From positions 1 to 51,032 of the forward strand of contig ADNK01002626.1 of NCBI GenBank assembly GCA_000320545.1: 51,032 nucleotides of DNA, read 5' to 3'. Below are positions 1-14,240 of the stretch, in pieces (position 1 is the stretch's first letter; every line of letters begins with the position of its first letter). Both the position numbers and the translations under genes were made by a program. Source of the stretch: Bigelowiella natans CCMP2755. Taxonomy: Eukaryota; Protista; Cercozoa. The notes under the pieces were generated by a model that did not search any database, had not been told where the DNA came from, and worked only from the letters and a program-made list of their open reading frames with translations.

Positions 1-99
1 TGAAAGGAGCGAGCCTCTGCTCCCGCTGGGTCGGTCTATATCGCAGTTAGCACACGCACACACACGCTCATACGCTGTCATTATTTATATATAATATTT

Positions 100-160
<61 letters not shown>

Positions 161-297
161 ATGAAATAAAATTTGGAAATCCAGACAATATTTGCTCTTG
201 TGCGTGTGTGTTTTGTTCGCAAATCGCCGTGAATAGCATGCCCATCCAACTGCACGATAACTTGATAATCATGCTGCATCGACGAACAATAATATAG

Positions 298-381
298 CCG
301 CGGCAAAAACGTGGACATTCCTGATTACCTCTCGGATGCAATCTCTGGCTTGTGCTCTCGAAAGTATTGACGACGATGGTT

Positions 382-417
<36 letters not shown>

Positions 418-1091
418 GACTTCCAACAGTTACCATCTCCCGTAAACCGCAACAAATTGCGTGCATCAATCGAAAGTTACAAGTGTTAGCCTTAAAATAC
501 AAAAAAATGGATCTGGCAGAGTATCACTAGATCTTTGGGATTTGCCGCAATCAAATTTCTTTGGTTTCCTTTCTCCTCCCCCCCCCCCCCCCCCCCTTCT
601 TCTCGTTCTAGATATCCTGGACACTATGAAAAAGACCTCGAGGAGCGGGAAAACAATATTACGATCCTAGCTTCAAAATCGGTACTAGCTATACCCATGA
701 TTGCAGCTTGTTGCAGTATCATCCTAAAGAATCATTGCTGCTTATACTCTCCAAAGGTTTCAGAGGAGTTGAAAGTTATCAGCAATGATAATGATGGCGA
801 GCAGAAGGAAAATGCTAATGATAAAAAAGGAGGAAAGGACGGCAAGCAGAAAGGTTCCTTGAAAATTAGCATACACATCAAGGACGATAAATAAGCCGTA
901 TCGTTATCTTCTCGAGTATTATTAATGGAAATGAAACTTGATCGACTGATATTGTACGTTTGTGTATTGTTTTCATGGCATCATTTAATGCCTCTTGTTT
1001 ATCTTTTGTATTGATTCAATAGTTGCAGCAGCAGAAGATCCGTTTAAAGAAGTGAACGGTATGCGCTTTCCAAAAAATGATTTCTCCTTTA

Positions 1092-1132
<41 letters not shown>

Positions 1133-1876
1133 AATATCTTTTTCGCCTAGTTTCGAAAGCGACGTGCAAACGGAAATTTTTGCTATTGTTAAAAACATGA
1201 AGCATTTCACAAGCGATATAAAAGGCAATAATCCGCCTAAGAGGGTGTCAAGAGGTGTGCAGCAGCAGCACATGCGGTTTCGAGGATGCCAAGTACACTG
1301 TGTGCTTTGGAAGGAAAGGGCGATGACGAGTTTCCTCTGTTGATTTCAATGTTGTGTTTTTTCAGGCATTGCTCAATTCTGGCACTACTTCAATCGCAGT
1401 GGGCTCTTGCGCTTCGTTCGATCTACACGTAGCATTGAAGATCTCTTGTCGCACGTGGTGGGTGTGTCTCTTTCTTCCTGATGTCTATCTGCTTGTTGGT
1501 TTGCTGCAGTTGCATGTTTCTTCTGCTGCGATAATGACATTGCCGGTTTGGTAATTTCGGGCATTATTTGCTGGGTTCTGCCTTTACCCTATACAGCTTT
1601 GGATTGATTGTTTTTGCGGAAAGTAGTGTGTATTATGGAGATTGCCCCTGTGACTTTGTGCTATGCTCTCCACAAAGCATCATTAGCTATGTGCTTGTTT
1701 TAGTTTGTGCGCCATTGTTCTTGTCGCTCCCACACATACACGCACGCACGGTTGGTATACATGTTGATGGGGTATCATCGTTGTTTTTGCTATGATAACT
1801 TGAGACAGGTAGCTGCAATCATCATCGGTTTGGTGTTCTACTCTGCCCCTTTGTTTCTGGACAAAATCGACATTGT

Positions 1877-1913
<37 letters not shown>

Positions 1914-2240
1914 CAACAATACCAGCAATTATAATACAAGAGCAACCATTCGAGTTTCTAATATTAAAATAAATTAAAGGTGGGAAATGCATAAGAAGGC
2001 GCGCGTGCACGTCCACGTGCATGTGTGCTTTAAGCTTACAAAGCGATAAAGCTGAGTAACCTGTATTTGATGGCTCTCTTTGAATAATGCTTTGCTTTAT
2101 ACACGCACTTAACAGCTACGGGAGATCCTGCCCAGCAGGGTCATCGGAACTATGCACAGAGCCGAAACTGAGGAGAGTTGGCCAGTAATGATACACGCCT
2201 TCCATCCATAATAATGCTGTATTACATGATGATGAGGAAT

Positions 2241-2275
<35 letters not shown>

Positions 2276-3970
2276 TGTAGCAGCAACGTAAAACCTATGC
2301 TTTACTCTTGAATGCTTGTCCTACATCTCTGGGTGCTGTACAACGGAGTCTATAGATATATGCATATATCTAATGACCATCGTGATCATGTTCGTTTTCT
2401 CCTCTTTCCCCTCTGAAACACTATATCCTACGATATGTGTAAGGTTTGGGTTCTATAACGTGATGTTCCTTGGTCTCGCTACTATGGCGACTGCCTCTCG
2501 CACTTTTGGTAGTAGCAGCACATGCGTATATACACAGCTGCACACCTCGCTCAGGCATCATCGAGATAGGCACGACTTTCCTGAACTATTATTGTGAATA
2601 TGTGATATAATATGTGTGTGTGTGTGTGTGTGTGTGTTTTTGTTTACTATTTATTAACTGTTATCTTCAACAATCAACTAAGGGGGGGGACGCAAGCTTA
2701 TATTTTGGCGAGAGGCGAGTCATGGAAGCTCGGTCTTTGCTTATTTCCTCGGTTGTATATCAATAACATATCCATCCATCTATGCATTGAAACGATGTGA
2801 TGAACCTATACGATTATATCGTTAATAAATTTTGATTTTCTTCCCTTGGCAATATTGACTTCTCAGGCGAAAACATGATCGATGTTTTCTCGATAGCGTT
2901 GAATACGCTCTTTTACACGTCGATTGTGCAGGCAGCTGTGCCTCTGGAAGCTCCTCTTCTCATGTAATATTATTACTCTCTTTAGTATGAATTGACATTT
3001 GTTATTGTTAAATGGTTCTTCTAAAATTTAGTAACTGCTTGTCTAATACACTGAGAATATGATATTGGTATTTTTTGTTCCTTCGCCTCGTTTGTATGTG
3101 TATGTGTGTGTGTGTGTGTGTATAGGTATTGGCAGCTGTACTTCAGTCTCTCTTTCACCGTTGCAGGCATTGCGTATGAAAGAATTATACATAGAAAGAC
3201 ATTATTCATATGAATACAATATATATAAATAGTAATCATGTATATTACCTTCCGGGATCAATTGAAGAAACAAGGGAGCAGCCGTGGCAATAGATACCCA
3301 TATGCACAACATTCTCACATAACGTGCTTCTTCCTCCGTTTGAATGATGAAACGGCACCTTGAGGAAATCATTCTTATACTCGTTAAATATATCAGGTAT
3401 ATAATCTCAATCGCCATTAGAGATATCAGCAATGTCATCATCACTGGCGTGATATTTGCTGTCATCTTATCGTTATTCGAGGGTTTCGTCGGCAAGGTGG
3501 TGCTTTTATCAGTGCTATTCTAGTGCTACCTCTGCGACACGGATATTTTGTCCTGATGATTATGCACGCGCTCGTTGTGGCGGCTGTTTTGTGAAAAGAT
3601 TGGGGATCAGGCTCAGTGGTGCTACTCACACTGGGCAGGACGGGCAGCCTCGAATATTGAGCTTATTGAAGGGTACTACAGTACTAGCACTAGTAGTAGT
3701 TATTGTTGTTGTAGTAGCAGTAGCAGTAGTAGCCCTGCTAGCTGAAGAGTACTTATGATGAACGACGATAGGCAATGTAATTATGAGCTGTGGATTGCGA
3801 AGAGTGGCATATTGCACCGTTTCTTGCGGCTTGCAATGGTTTGGCTATAAGGCATGATTGCATGGTTTTGCTGTTGTTGTTGTTGTTGTTGTTGTTGTTT
3901 GAATGTTTCAGGTATAATGTCAACACGACGATTCCAGAGTAATTAATACATCATCAAACATCATGCGTGT

Positions 3971-4010
<40 letters not shown>

Positions 4011-4276
4011 ATATATGCATGTGTGTGTGTGTGTTTGTGTGTGTGCCAATATAATATATTGCGTGAGTGTGTTGTATTTGTCCATGCGGTTTGTTTGTAG
4101 GTACTGTTCTGCAAATGCCCGTTACGGCTCCGAGGTATTTAATTCCTTCGCAGCTTGTATACGTGCATTTGTTATCCCAACAACCGAGCAGCCGATCGCT
4201 TGTTTGGAATAAAAGCATATCGTTGTTGGAATAAAAGCATATCGTTCAACAATTTGAATTTTGGACCGATATGCAA

Positions 4277-4337
<61 letters not shown>

Positions 4338-4338
4338 G

Positions 4339-4380
<42 letters not shown>

Positions 4381-4651
4381 TGATTGCGCGCGCATCCTCC
4401 CGCGACTTATAAAACGATTTCCATGATGCTGTCGTTCACATTTTTTGAAATTGCCTACTACTACTACTCAGGTCAACTGCTTTCGGGACGACGACCAACA
4501 GCTCATCAGCTTTTACGATTTGATAGTTCCTGAGCCGCACAGAAGTCCTGACTTAATGCAAGATTTCGCCATCCTCCTAATCATTGGCTTTCTCGTCCGC
4601 ATCATTGCATTTACCTTTCTTCACCTTTGGGACAGGGGAAATCGGAAGTAA
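298..4651 (+). CDS. ABCG-family (White-like) ABC transporter, 3' part, multi-exon; 5' end lies outside the window
   Basis: Hand-spliced GT-AG exons give NVDIPDYLSDAISG (post-NBD NPADF-like motif, from 298), IAQFWHYFNRS (~1370), FGFYNVMFLGLATMATASRTFG (~2445), RKLIFWREASHGSSVFAYFLG (ABC2 membrane FxRE motif, ~2690), several TM exons and a last exon 4472-4651 ending DFAILLIIGFLVRIIAFTFLHLWDRGNRK*. Confidence 0.85.
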
Positions 4652-6021
4652 GCCTTTGCTTGAGTGGTGTGTTTATGTGCAAGCTAGTTATCGCTGGCTG
4701 CTTCTTTGAGAGTGTTTTATAAAGAGAAACAAGAAAGATAGTGTCATAATAGTAGCCAATTCGATCCGTTCCGGTGGTGTTATTACGTGAAAATCGGATC
4801 AAATTGTCTGTTCTGGAAAAGCGGACTATGTATTAGTTTGTGCGTCATCCGGCGAGCAACCATGAATCGGGTTGTTTCGTCCATTTTTTCTCCGAAATTG
4901 ATGTCATGTCGTCGATGTCACACTTGCAATGCGTGAGAGTAACTGCAATTCACACTTCGCAGATGTGCGCATTGCTACGCTGGCCTTAACATGCGGTTGC
5001 AATAAAACAAATATATAGCGGTATTGGGTAAAGCACATATAAATGTGCACGATGTTGCATGCATCCAATTCCAATGAGGCAATGTGTGTGCCTCCCGCCA
5101 ATGATGAGTCCAGCGACTACGCCGCATGTGTGTTGTATCCGTTGTTGTGACGTTATTTGCCACATGCATGCTACAACTGTTCTAGTGTTGCATGACGAGA
5201 CACGTGCGCTGCATGTCGACGGTCATGTCATATGCGATGCAGCCGCCCGGATGCGTCGTGGCTTTGCACTGCTAATTGCTAACGCCGGTATAGACAACAA
5301 GACATTTGCCATTCAGACACACACACACACACACACACACGTAGTGCGCACACGGATACACGCGCACACTCACACATGCACACACGGCAGCATGCATGCA
5401 TGATTGCGCATCAAACACATCTGCTTAGCCCGCATGCGAGACCAACATCAATAGATTTGACGTCGATCACAACGCTGTACGTAGCCGCTACATTGCACAA
5501 CTCTAGAAACTATATATACATGAGGATGATCATTAAACAAATTTAATTTGATTGATTACACCAGTCTTACACACACACGTGTGCGCATGCATGTGAGAAC
5601 CAAATGCAATGGCATCATCACACAGCATCTGCTGCTACATGTGCTGCACATGTGGGTACGTCTACATAGTGAATGACACATCTAATAGCATCGAAGTAAC
5701 AAATGCCATCATCCTTATGTAACACTACGCTGATGACATGCATATGTACACGTTACAAATTTAAATTTGAATCGGTTATTTACAACAGTACAGTACATGG
5801 CCTCCGCGCATGTAAATCAACCCAAATGATCAAGGGAATATCTAGTAAAAATGCCTATTTCTGCTTGATTCAAAATTTAGAACCAACTATTTTGCTACAA
5901 CTAGAGCGAGGAAGAATCATTGAGACTTAGAACATGTCAAAAATATCATTCTGAAATCAGTCACAGGCAAGAACAGCAAATGGATAACAGTTGCAGAATC
6001 CAGCCATTCTGCTAGCTTAGC

Positions 6022-8372
6022 TCACACTCTACGAGTGATGTTGGCAGCATTTCTTGAGTTATTTGGTCTAACGGTTTTGTCTGACTCATCGTCGTTACTA
6101 AGTGAAGATACATCCTTGATTTTCTTCATCTCCACCTGTTTTGGGAGAGTTTGCTGCAAACCTGCCCCCCCCGCTGATGCGTGTTTTCTTTGGTGAGTAA
6201 GGCATTGGACAACTGCTAGATGGGTATTGGGTAGAAACCATTCGGGGCCTATGCGCTCATAAAACCCTCCATTCTCAAAAACCCTCCGTACACGGTTCCC
6301 GACGTTTGAGAATGCAAGCTGGATGCCACGCGCCTTCAATTCATTCGTGATGTCTACCAGAATGCGGAGCGCTGATGCATCTACACTGATGACTGGTGCC
6401 ATTTCCAGCACGATGTAGTGAACAGCCTGCTTTATCGCAGGGGGGTGGGTAAGAGCCTCGAGTTTAGCATCTTCCGCAACACCACCTTCCGTGGAAGAAG
6501 GATTCATACTATTCAGCATCTTCATGATTGTATCTCTGATAAAACTGCTGTTTGCGAAGTACATCGATGCCCCAAAACGAAGGATGAGGACATTCTGGAT
6601 CCACACCCCGTCCTTTGCCTCTTTGACGATCTTGTAATCGTTTGTGCCCCTCACTTTCCACATCACCGAGACCTGTGGGCGCGCCGACTCGAAGATGACG
6701 ATTACAATGCTCACTGCTACAGCCAGGGCTAGTCCATTGAGAATGCCAAGAAACAACGTTCCAAGGAAAGCGAGGATCCAGAGGCACCCATCCGTCTTTT
6801 TAATTCTCCACAAACGTATACATTCGTCGTAGGCGACGAGTGATATTACCGAAGAAACGACAATGGCGCCTAGCACGAATTTAGGGAGATAGGCGAAGAG
6901 TGGCGTCAAGAACACCATTGTTATTAACACACCGAGCGATGTAATAAGCCCTGCAATCTGGGTCTTAGAGCCTACTGCATTGTTAACCGCTGATCTTGAC
7001 AATGCGCCACTGGTAGGGAATGCTGATGCCGTTGAGGACAAGAAATTGGTAAGGCCGAGGGCGAAAAGCTCCTGTGTCGGGTCAACCTCATAGCCATGCC
7101 GAGTAGCGAAGGATTTTGCAATGGAGATATGAGCCATGTAAGTAATGATTACAATGGATATTGCCGGTCCTAGTAGCCGCCCCAAATCAGACATATTCCA
7201 GTCAGTGCTCAGGGGAGGAAGCCCCTCAGGAATAAAACCGATAACTGCAACATCATGACTCTTACTCAAGTTCGTAAAATAGATGATGATGGACCCGAGA
7301 AAGCAGAAGATCAGAGGCGCAGCAGCTTGGAGCCAGGAGAGGCTTTTATATTGCTTTGCTAGTTTCTTAGATGCGAAAAGCATGGCGACGAATGAAACCC
7401 CAAATGCAGTGGTGACTGGGTTTGCACTTGGGATCTTTCGAATAATCTCCGAAACAGTGACGTATATCAATTCCGATTTCTCTATCTTGATGCCAAGAAG
7501 GTTGTTGACCTGGGTGCATCCTATTTGCACCGCCGCGCCGCTCATAAACCCAGAGATGACAGGGTGACCAAGGAATGAGATTATGAACCCAAATTGCAAT
7601 ATCGACCCAATCATCTGAATCAGACCTACCATGAAAGCTAACAGAATGCCAAGTTTATGATAGGCCTCTGGGCATAATTCCGATTGGGTTTTGCCTGATG
7701 CACTTCCATCGTAAAATGCGGGACATTCCTCTTCAGTTAGCATGCCTTCTAAGGAGGCGCTGATAAGGATCCCAGCTAGAGCCTCAGGCCCAACACCGAT
7801 CTGTCGCGACTGACCGACGAAGGAGTACACCAGCGGAGAAGTGAAGGAAGAGTATAGACCAGATATAAGAGGCATTCCTGCAATATCAGCGTAGGAAATT
7901 GCTTGGGGAATCAACATGACAAGCACTGTTAGTCCCCCAATAATGTCATTTCGTAATGTTTCCCAGGTGATCAGGTGCTTGATGTTGTAAATGGGGGATG
8001 CAGATTTCAACAGCGCGAGGCATTCCTGTTTGGTTGGTATTCTGACGTCTTCCAGAGATGGCCTTTTCAGCACCTGTTGACCCAAACAAGTGCTCGTGTC
8101 ATTGACGGGATACTTAAAATTATCAGGATGAGAGGACACGTGCCTACCTCCGAAACGTGAGCAAGCATCTTTGCACTGTGTTGTTCGTCTAGGCCTCGCT
8201 GTTTGACAATGGAGGAGAGAGACTTTGTGTCAAGGTCTCCCAGCTCTGCATGGCTAATGTCGGTGGAAGGCTTGACAAGCATTCCGGAAGATGTAACGAG
8301 ACCTAAAGACACTTCCCCGTTCTCCCGCACGACAGCCTCGGGGGGTTTTTTACCCTCAGGGCTGCTTGCCAT
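6022..8372 (-). CDS. SulP/SLC26 anion (sulfate/bicarbonate) transporter with C-terminal STAS domain, about 758 aa, two exons (8148-8372, 6022-8073)
   Basis: 705-aa ORF with DIIGGLTVLVMLIPQAISYA, GLYSSF, QELFALGLTNFLSS, SLSRSAVN and STAS ISVDASAL. The ORFs 8067..8402 and 6022..8139 are joined in frame by a 74-nt GT-AG intron (8074-8147; GAG|gtaggc...caacag|GTG); ATG at 8372. Confidence 0.95.
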
Positions 8373-8827
8373 AGCTGCTAGGGAGGAGGAGAGCTCTCTC
8401 ACAGTGGCAGAGAAGCGCGTTACGATTTCCTGCGGCCAAACTACTTTATCGTCTCTGGAGATATCTCCCGAGATTTATTGGGGATGTATAATTCATAGAC
8501 AAAACGGCCTTGTTTTTCAGGAAATAGAAAAAGTTCCACAATTTCTAAGTCTCTGTTGAAAAATAGACTGTAATTTCGGACTTCTTTTGCCGTCAAAGAG
8601 ATCGAGTAGACCCCGACATATTTTGGGGGTATTTGAGCACCAGGAAGATCCTGAATTAATAGATTCACTTGAAGAATGGTACGCAAAAGCAGGTCCTTTA
8701 GCATCATGATTTTACTTTTAACCTTGACGTAAGACAAAAATCGCCTTTTTATGCGAGCACTTGTGTGCTGTTGTCGAGCTTACAAACAAACGCTGAAGGC
8801 ACACAGTGCTCTTCTCCATCAAGAGCA

Positions 8828-10062
8828 ATGGATGGCAAGGCAAACGATTCACCCCCTCTAATGATGGGAATCAGTCGAACAGACTTTTACAACTACATTT
8901 ACCAAGCAGTGGACGAAGGTAATCTCAGTAGGAAAGAGGAATGGGGAATCAATTCAGTGAGTTCGTACCTGGATGTAATTGAATTCGATACTTGTACAGA
9001 TGTCAAATAGTTGAGACTGCACCTGCTGTTTCTCATTCTAGCTTGCTGTTCAACCAAGCTATTAGCTCCACTGACACGCACCATGAATCATCACACGTTG
9101 TTATGGTGCCTGTGCATGCTCTTAACACACAGGGTTCGACGTGGAGCCAAACACGGAAACTTTGGTTAGGTTCATATTTGATCGTTACGTTAATGTTACA
9201 TGTCTGGATGAATTTGAAAGGCAAACAAAGGTAGCACAATTCTATTAGATCATAGCCGTTGTGTGATGCTACAGCAAGTTGAAAAAAAAAAATCGATTCA
9301 ATGCATGGATAATTGTGTTTTTCCCTCGAAATCCTCTCAGTATTCTTAAAAGCTATCACTGTATCGTATTCAACATATTCAGAATCGACGACTAGTATAG
9401 CTTAAATATTACCCGTATTCAACATATTCAGAATCGACAACTAGTATAGCTTAAATATTACCCCTTGTCCTACTCTTCTTTTACAACATATTTTTCCAGG
9501 AATTGCGCGAAAACCTTCTTCCACACCTAGAGGAAGACACTGATGATTTCGTTCAAGATTTGAAGAAATGGGTGCATGCAAGGGCAATTCCTGCAAAACC
9601 CCCATCAGAAGAAAATCGAGAAAAAATGAGCTCTTCGGTAACTTACCTTGAAGAAAAATATCTGATGAAACTACTACCCTAATGCCAAGCTTCTCAGATT
9701 TTACTCTTCCAATAATAAGTTGTCTAAAAATAAGGTTTTGACGGCAATGGTGATATATGTAATGAATGGCTGATTGTTACTCCTACATATCTTATTTCCT
9801 CGAAGACTTTGATCAAAAATTTAGGCAACGGATATTATTATTAGTTTTGAAATATCATCGCAAAATATTAAAAAAATAGTAATGATCAAATTGGGATATT
9901 TGCCATTTTCACTATTGTTTTGGGTCACTTTTTAGGTTTTAGATGAGATAATGGACACAGATTCAGCAGCAAGTGGCATTTTGCAAGGTTATGACACAGA
10001 TTCAGCAGCAAGTGGTATTTGGCAACACACACAGACACACACACATACACATATACGGACAG

Positions 10063-10108
<46 letters not shown>

Positions 10109-10512
10109 CGTAGGAGAGAGCAAAACAAAGAGCAAAGGGGATTTAGGGTTAGGGAGCAGCACCTTTTGAGACGAACCAATTGTAATCGATCTAGCCTGCA
10201 AAATGATATATGTTGATAGTAGATGCCACTGAAGTAACAGTTCAAGCATCCTCTGGGGCTGGTCTAGAAACTATAATCGAGGAGGAGGGAGGCAATGCAT
10301 CTGAGATAGTAGCATGTACTCCTCAAGAGGAGCCCATTCTCCCTGCTACCGGCTGCGACCAAAAACAAGATGAAGAAAAAAACAAAGCAGGTTGCTCTTA
10401 ATTCTGTTATCATCTCAATATCATTATCACTACTTTAACTAGCGTTACGTATAATGTATCGAAAACCAAGGGACTTCAGAAAAATATGTATACATAATAC
10501 GGCACTGAAGTA

Positions 10513-10574
<62 letters not shown>

Positions 10575-13500
10575 CATATATTCTCGTAGAGGATTTCAGA
10601 AAATACGAAACAATGTGAATAGAAACCGTATGGTTAGATATTAAATTAGAATCACTAAATAAGGGGAATAACATGGATAAATCCGCATTGCTTTCATCAG
10701 CACGTCACAGGCAAATGGAGGAGGAGGAAATTGAAGAGGGCGAGATCAAGAAGGAGGATGAAGGTCTCAATAGCAGCTTTGTTTTACAGAAGATCGCGAT
10801 GAATAAATATGGAAAAATTCATACTTGACAAAGATAGATATAAACTAATTTAGACATTGAAGAATATCGTCGATATGAAATATAAAAAACTTCATCTACC
10901 GACCATTGGATATCTTCTTCTGTACTTTAATAGAAACCCTTTTTTTTCCCGGGCACATGTACTACAGTGACATATCGTTTTATGCTTGTTGTTGCGGTAG
11001 AATCACTAACTATCAACTTGGGTCTTCGCAATCAAAGGTTTTGAAAAACCATAATCAGGCACCTAATATATGCAAAATTTATAGGCGTGTGCTCCATTGC
11101 TGTTGGATGTACACCGTGCCTTCACACACATATAAGGGCGCTTTTGAAGATGATAACATTTGCCTCCCACATTAAATTCAAAGCAAATTCTAAAATTCTT
11201 TCTACCCAATTCTTTCTACTTAGTCTCCCGCAACAAACCTCCCGCAATCACAGAAACGGGGTTTCACAGCGTTCTTACCCTCCCTCCGGCCCGCCCTCCT
11301 TTCAAAACGGGAGAATAAGCTTCAGAAGGGAAATGAACGTGGTTACCTATAGTAGCTTCTCCTCGTCGCAAAAGCGAACTCGAAACTACTACCCAGGGTA
11401 CTTGCGTAATGATATTTGCACATTACAGCGCATATTCCAGTTGTATGCCCTCTTGTTTGTGTCAAATCTTACCGTGAGACTCATGATTCTTAAAATATCT
11501 AAACCTACACCATCTCGAATACTAATCAGGTATAATATATGTGTAGCTGGGGGAGATTTATAGAGGATAGTTCCTGATGTACAATTCTTATTTCTTGAAA
11601 GTGTGCTTTATATGTTACTAGGAGAATCGCTAGAAGCGAAGGCTCCTTCCAATCATCTATCATAGAGATCAAAGAAAAACGGCGTAGAATCAGAGAATCA
11701 ATATCAAAAAAGGTTTGATTTAGCTATTCTCTGCGTTGAGAGTTAGCTCATTTTAGTTTCGAATTTGATTGCAAAATATTGTTCCAACTGTTTTTCACTT
11801 TTAATTGCAACCTACACTTCAAAGCAACTTAACAATAATGGAAGTACAATTTCACAGTGTCAAAAGGCGTAATGCCTCGTGATACCATGAATTGATGAGC
11901 TGCGGCAAACACCGCACTAAGGAATCTGATCGAAAGCATCTGCAATACTCTTTTATTTTAACTATGATCAAGCCTGTTACCTTTGATAACGATAAGGGGT
12001 TTTCTTTTATTCCAGATAGGAAAAATCGAAGCTATACAACAGGCCTTACAGCAGCGGAAGCAGAAGCTAATAGGCATCATGGAGGAATGCAAGGTTCAAT
12101 GTGTTAATATATATTTATTTATTGTTTTTACATCGTATCAGCATCCCATTGATATTCTACAAGAGGCTGCTGCATCACTTATACAGACAAATGATAGAGT
12201 CGTGGAGCTCATCGATTTAACACAAAACGATGATGATGGTGCCGAGCAATGTATGCGCTCCAAGCTGCACTCATTGTTGCCCTCTGGATCAAGAAACATT
12301 GTTCGACGAAGCCCTGCTGCCCTTGAGTATGCGTCGCAAAGAAGAGTTCTGACGAATATGCATGATTAGTTAAACCTGTCCTATATCTTTCTTTTATTGA
12401 GAGAATATTAACGTTGTGTGCGCATGGTGGTTCAATAAAGGTCAAAGCTTCATCTCAGACGCCATCGCAGCCAAGGATCCCTGATTCATTTCAATGAAGG
12501 TATTAGCTACCCCCCACCTTTCTTATGCCCCATTAACACCATTGCGATGAATAAATTCAAATCAGGCAACCGACGGCAGCATCTGAGATTTCCTCCTTGT
12601 CCCTTGCCACCTTCGTCTTCGTCCTCGATAACTCGACTTATTGGACGATGGCAAGTCACGTAAGTAGAGGCAACCAAACTATTAGCAGAAATAGTCATAC
12701 TCCATAAAACGACCGAAAGTGTCAATCCACTAAATGGGTGGGTTAAATGCAAGATCTCGCAAATTTATCAAGAACACTAATTGTTTGCGTTTGGGCTTGT
12801 GCACACCATTTAAGTGAGCCTTGAGGACTCGGACCATTTTCATTTTTAATAAATTTGGTGCTACGTTTCAAATAAGTACTGAAAGATGCAATGCGTCCTT
12901 ACTTTACAACAAAATTGAGCAATAAATGTGCTACTATTCCTACTACCATCTGCAGCTACAACAATCGATTCCGTGTGGTGTATCATATCAAACGCAATTG
13001 GACTCTCACTCTCCCTAAGTACCCTCCAACATCCGAGTAAGATTGTCGTCATCTTGAAATAACACTTCCTTTCTCAATACGTTGGTCCTGTGAGCATTGT
13101 GATATTTACGGCCAACATCATCATATTGTGCTGCAGCTCTAGTAGAGAGATAATCTACGGGAAAACGATTCACGGATGGAATGGTATGATGCGTAGAAGA
13201 TCGATGACTTCTCAGACAGTCATAGTATAACTGCGACAACTCACTCCATTTATCCAATATATCCCACGGCTAAACAGCAACCACTTCGCTAATCAATGCA
13301 CAAAATAGTACGATTAGATATATGTTTACTAATTATTTTTTGGGTAGGAATAGCCGCGATTACCAGACGGGTAGATTGGTGCAGTCTATTCTTTCAGTAT
13401 GCATAGTCTTGATATCCTAAAGACATGATCACAATCATATCTAAAAGACAACCGATGTACATGCACATAGCTATATTGATGCTTGAGTTCGGTTCATTCA

Positions 13501-13963
13501 AGGAAAAGCATGATGCTTTTGTAGAGCTTTCGAACGACACTGTTGCTTATCGGTAACATCTTTATAAATAATTAAAGGAGGGAAGGTTTGTCTTCCATCC
13601 CAAAGGTTATGTTCCTCAGAATGAATCAAATCCAGAGGTGAGTACCTGGCACGATATGTTTGAAATTAGGAGCTAAACCACATATCACATATAGGTTATA
13701 CTGCGTTAACATAGTAATACATATGTAAAAACGGGGGCGATCTTTCTGTTTGTGGTTGATTTGAATGTTACGTTTACTGGATGCGATAACGTATTCATTC
13801 CAAGGTTTTTTGGTTGAACTAAATGTTATCACACAAAAAGGATGATCAGACTTGCTGGGAGTTGGCGTCCTTCCACGACGGAAAGTTATTTATTCATTTT
13901 TATAATGGCAAGAACTTCACTACAAAAGGATATGGTGAAAGGATGAGTAGAATGAGCTATTAA
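8828..13963 (+). CDS. Multi-exon protein with N-terminal PWI-like domain, acidic disordered middle and an unknown C-terminal globular domain (probable nuclear RNA-processing factor)
   Basis: Exons 8828-8918, 9133-9230 and 9500-9637 splice in frame to MDGK...DFYNYIYQAVDEGFDVEPNTETLVRFIFDRY...ELRENLLPHLEEDTDDFVQDLKKWVH, which matches the PWI helical pattern. Later exons give EEEEIEEGEI (10733-10747), a coiled coil (12016), VVELIDLT (~12200) and a last exon ending ...GERMSRMSY* at 13963. Middle exons are uncertain and this could be two genes. Confidence 0.55.
9365..9462. repeat. 49-bp tandem duplication (2 copies, 1 mismatch), intronic
   Basis: cgtattcaacatattcagaatcgac(g/a)actagtatagcttaaatattacc at 9365-9413 and 9414-9462. 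Confidence 0.95.
9954..10025. repeat. 39-bp-period tandem duplication
   Basis: gacacagattcagcagcaagtgg(c/t)attt(t/g)gcaa at 9954 and 9993 (reads DTDSAASGI twice). Confidence 0.9.
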
Positions 13964-14240
13964 CTAGCATAAAAAAATGTGGTTGAAGGACCCAATTCGC
14001 CATTACAAATGTATCTAGCAGTGTCTGTACACACAAATAGTGCTAAAGTAGCAACGGCATCGGCAAGTGTAGTGGTGGTAGCAGTCTAGCAGTGCTAGTG
14101 TAGAGGCAGCCAGTCTGGCGGTTGCGTTTTGATGGCTGATTATAGACATGTAACACAATGCATATACTACATGTTATTGTATGATATTATTGTGTCTATT
14201 GCAATGCGTCCGTGAAAAAATAAATAGACGAAATGTTTAC

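Noticed and set aside
8074-8139. Track start of the SulP ORF at 8139, or a frameshift between the two ORFs
   Set aside because: Explained by a canonical 74-nt intron.
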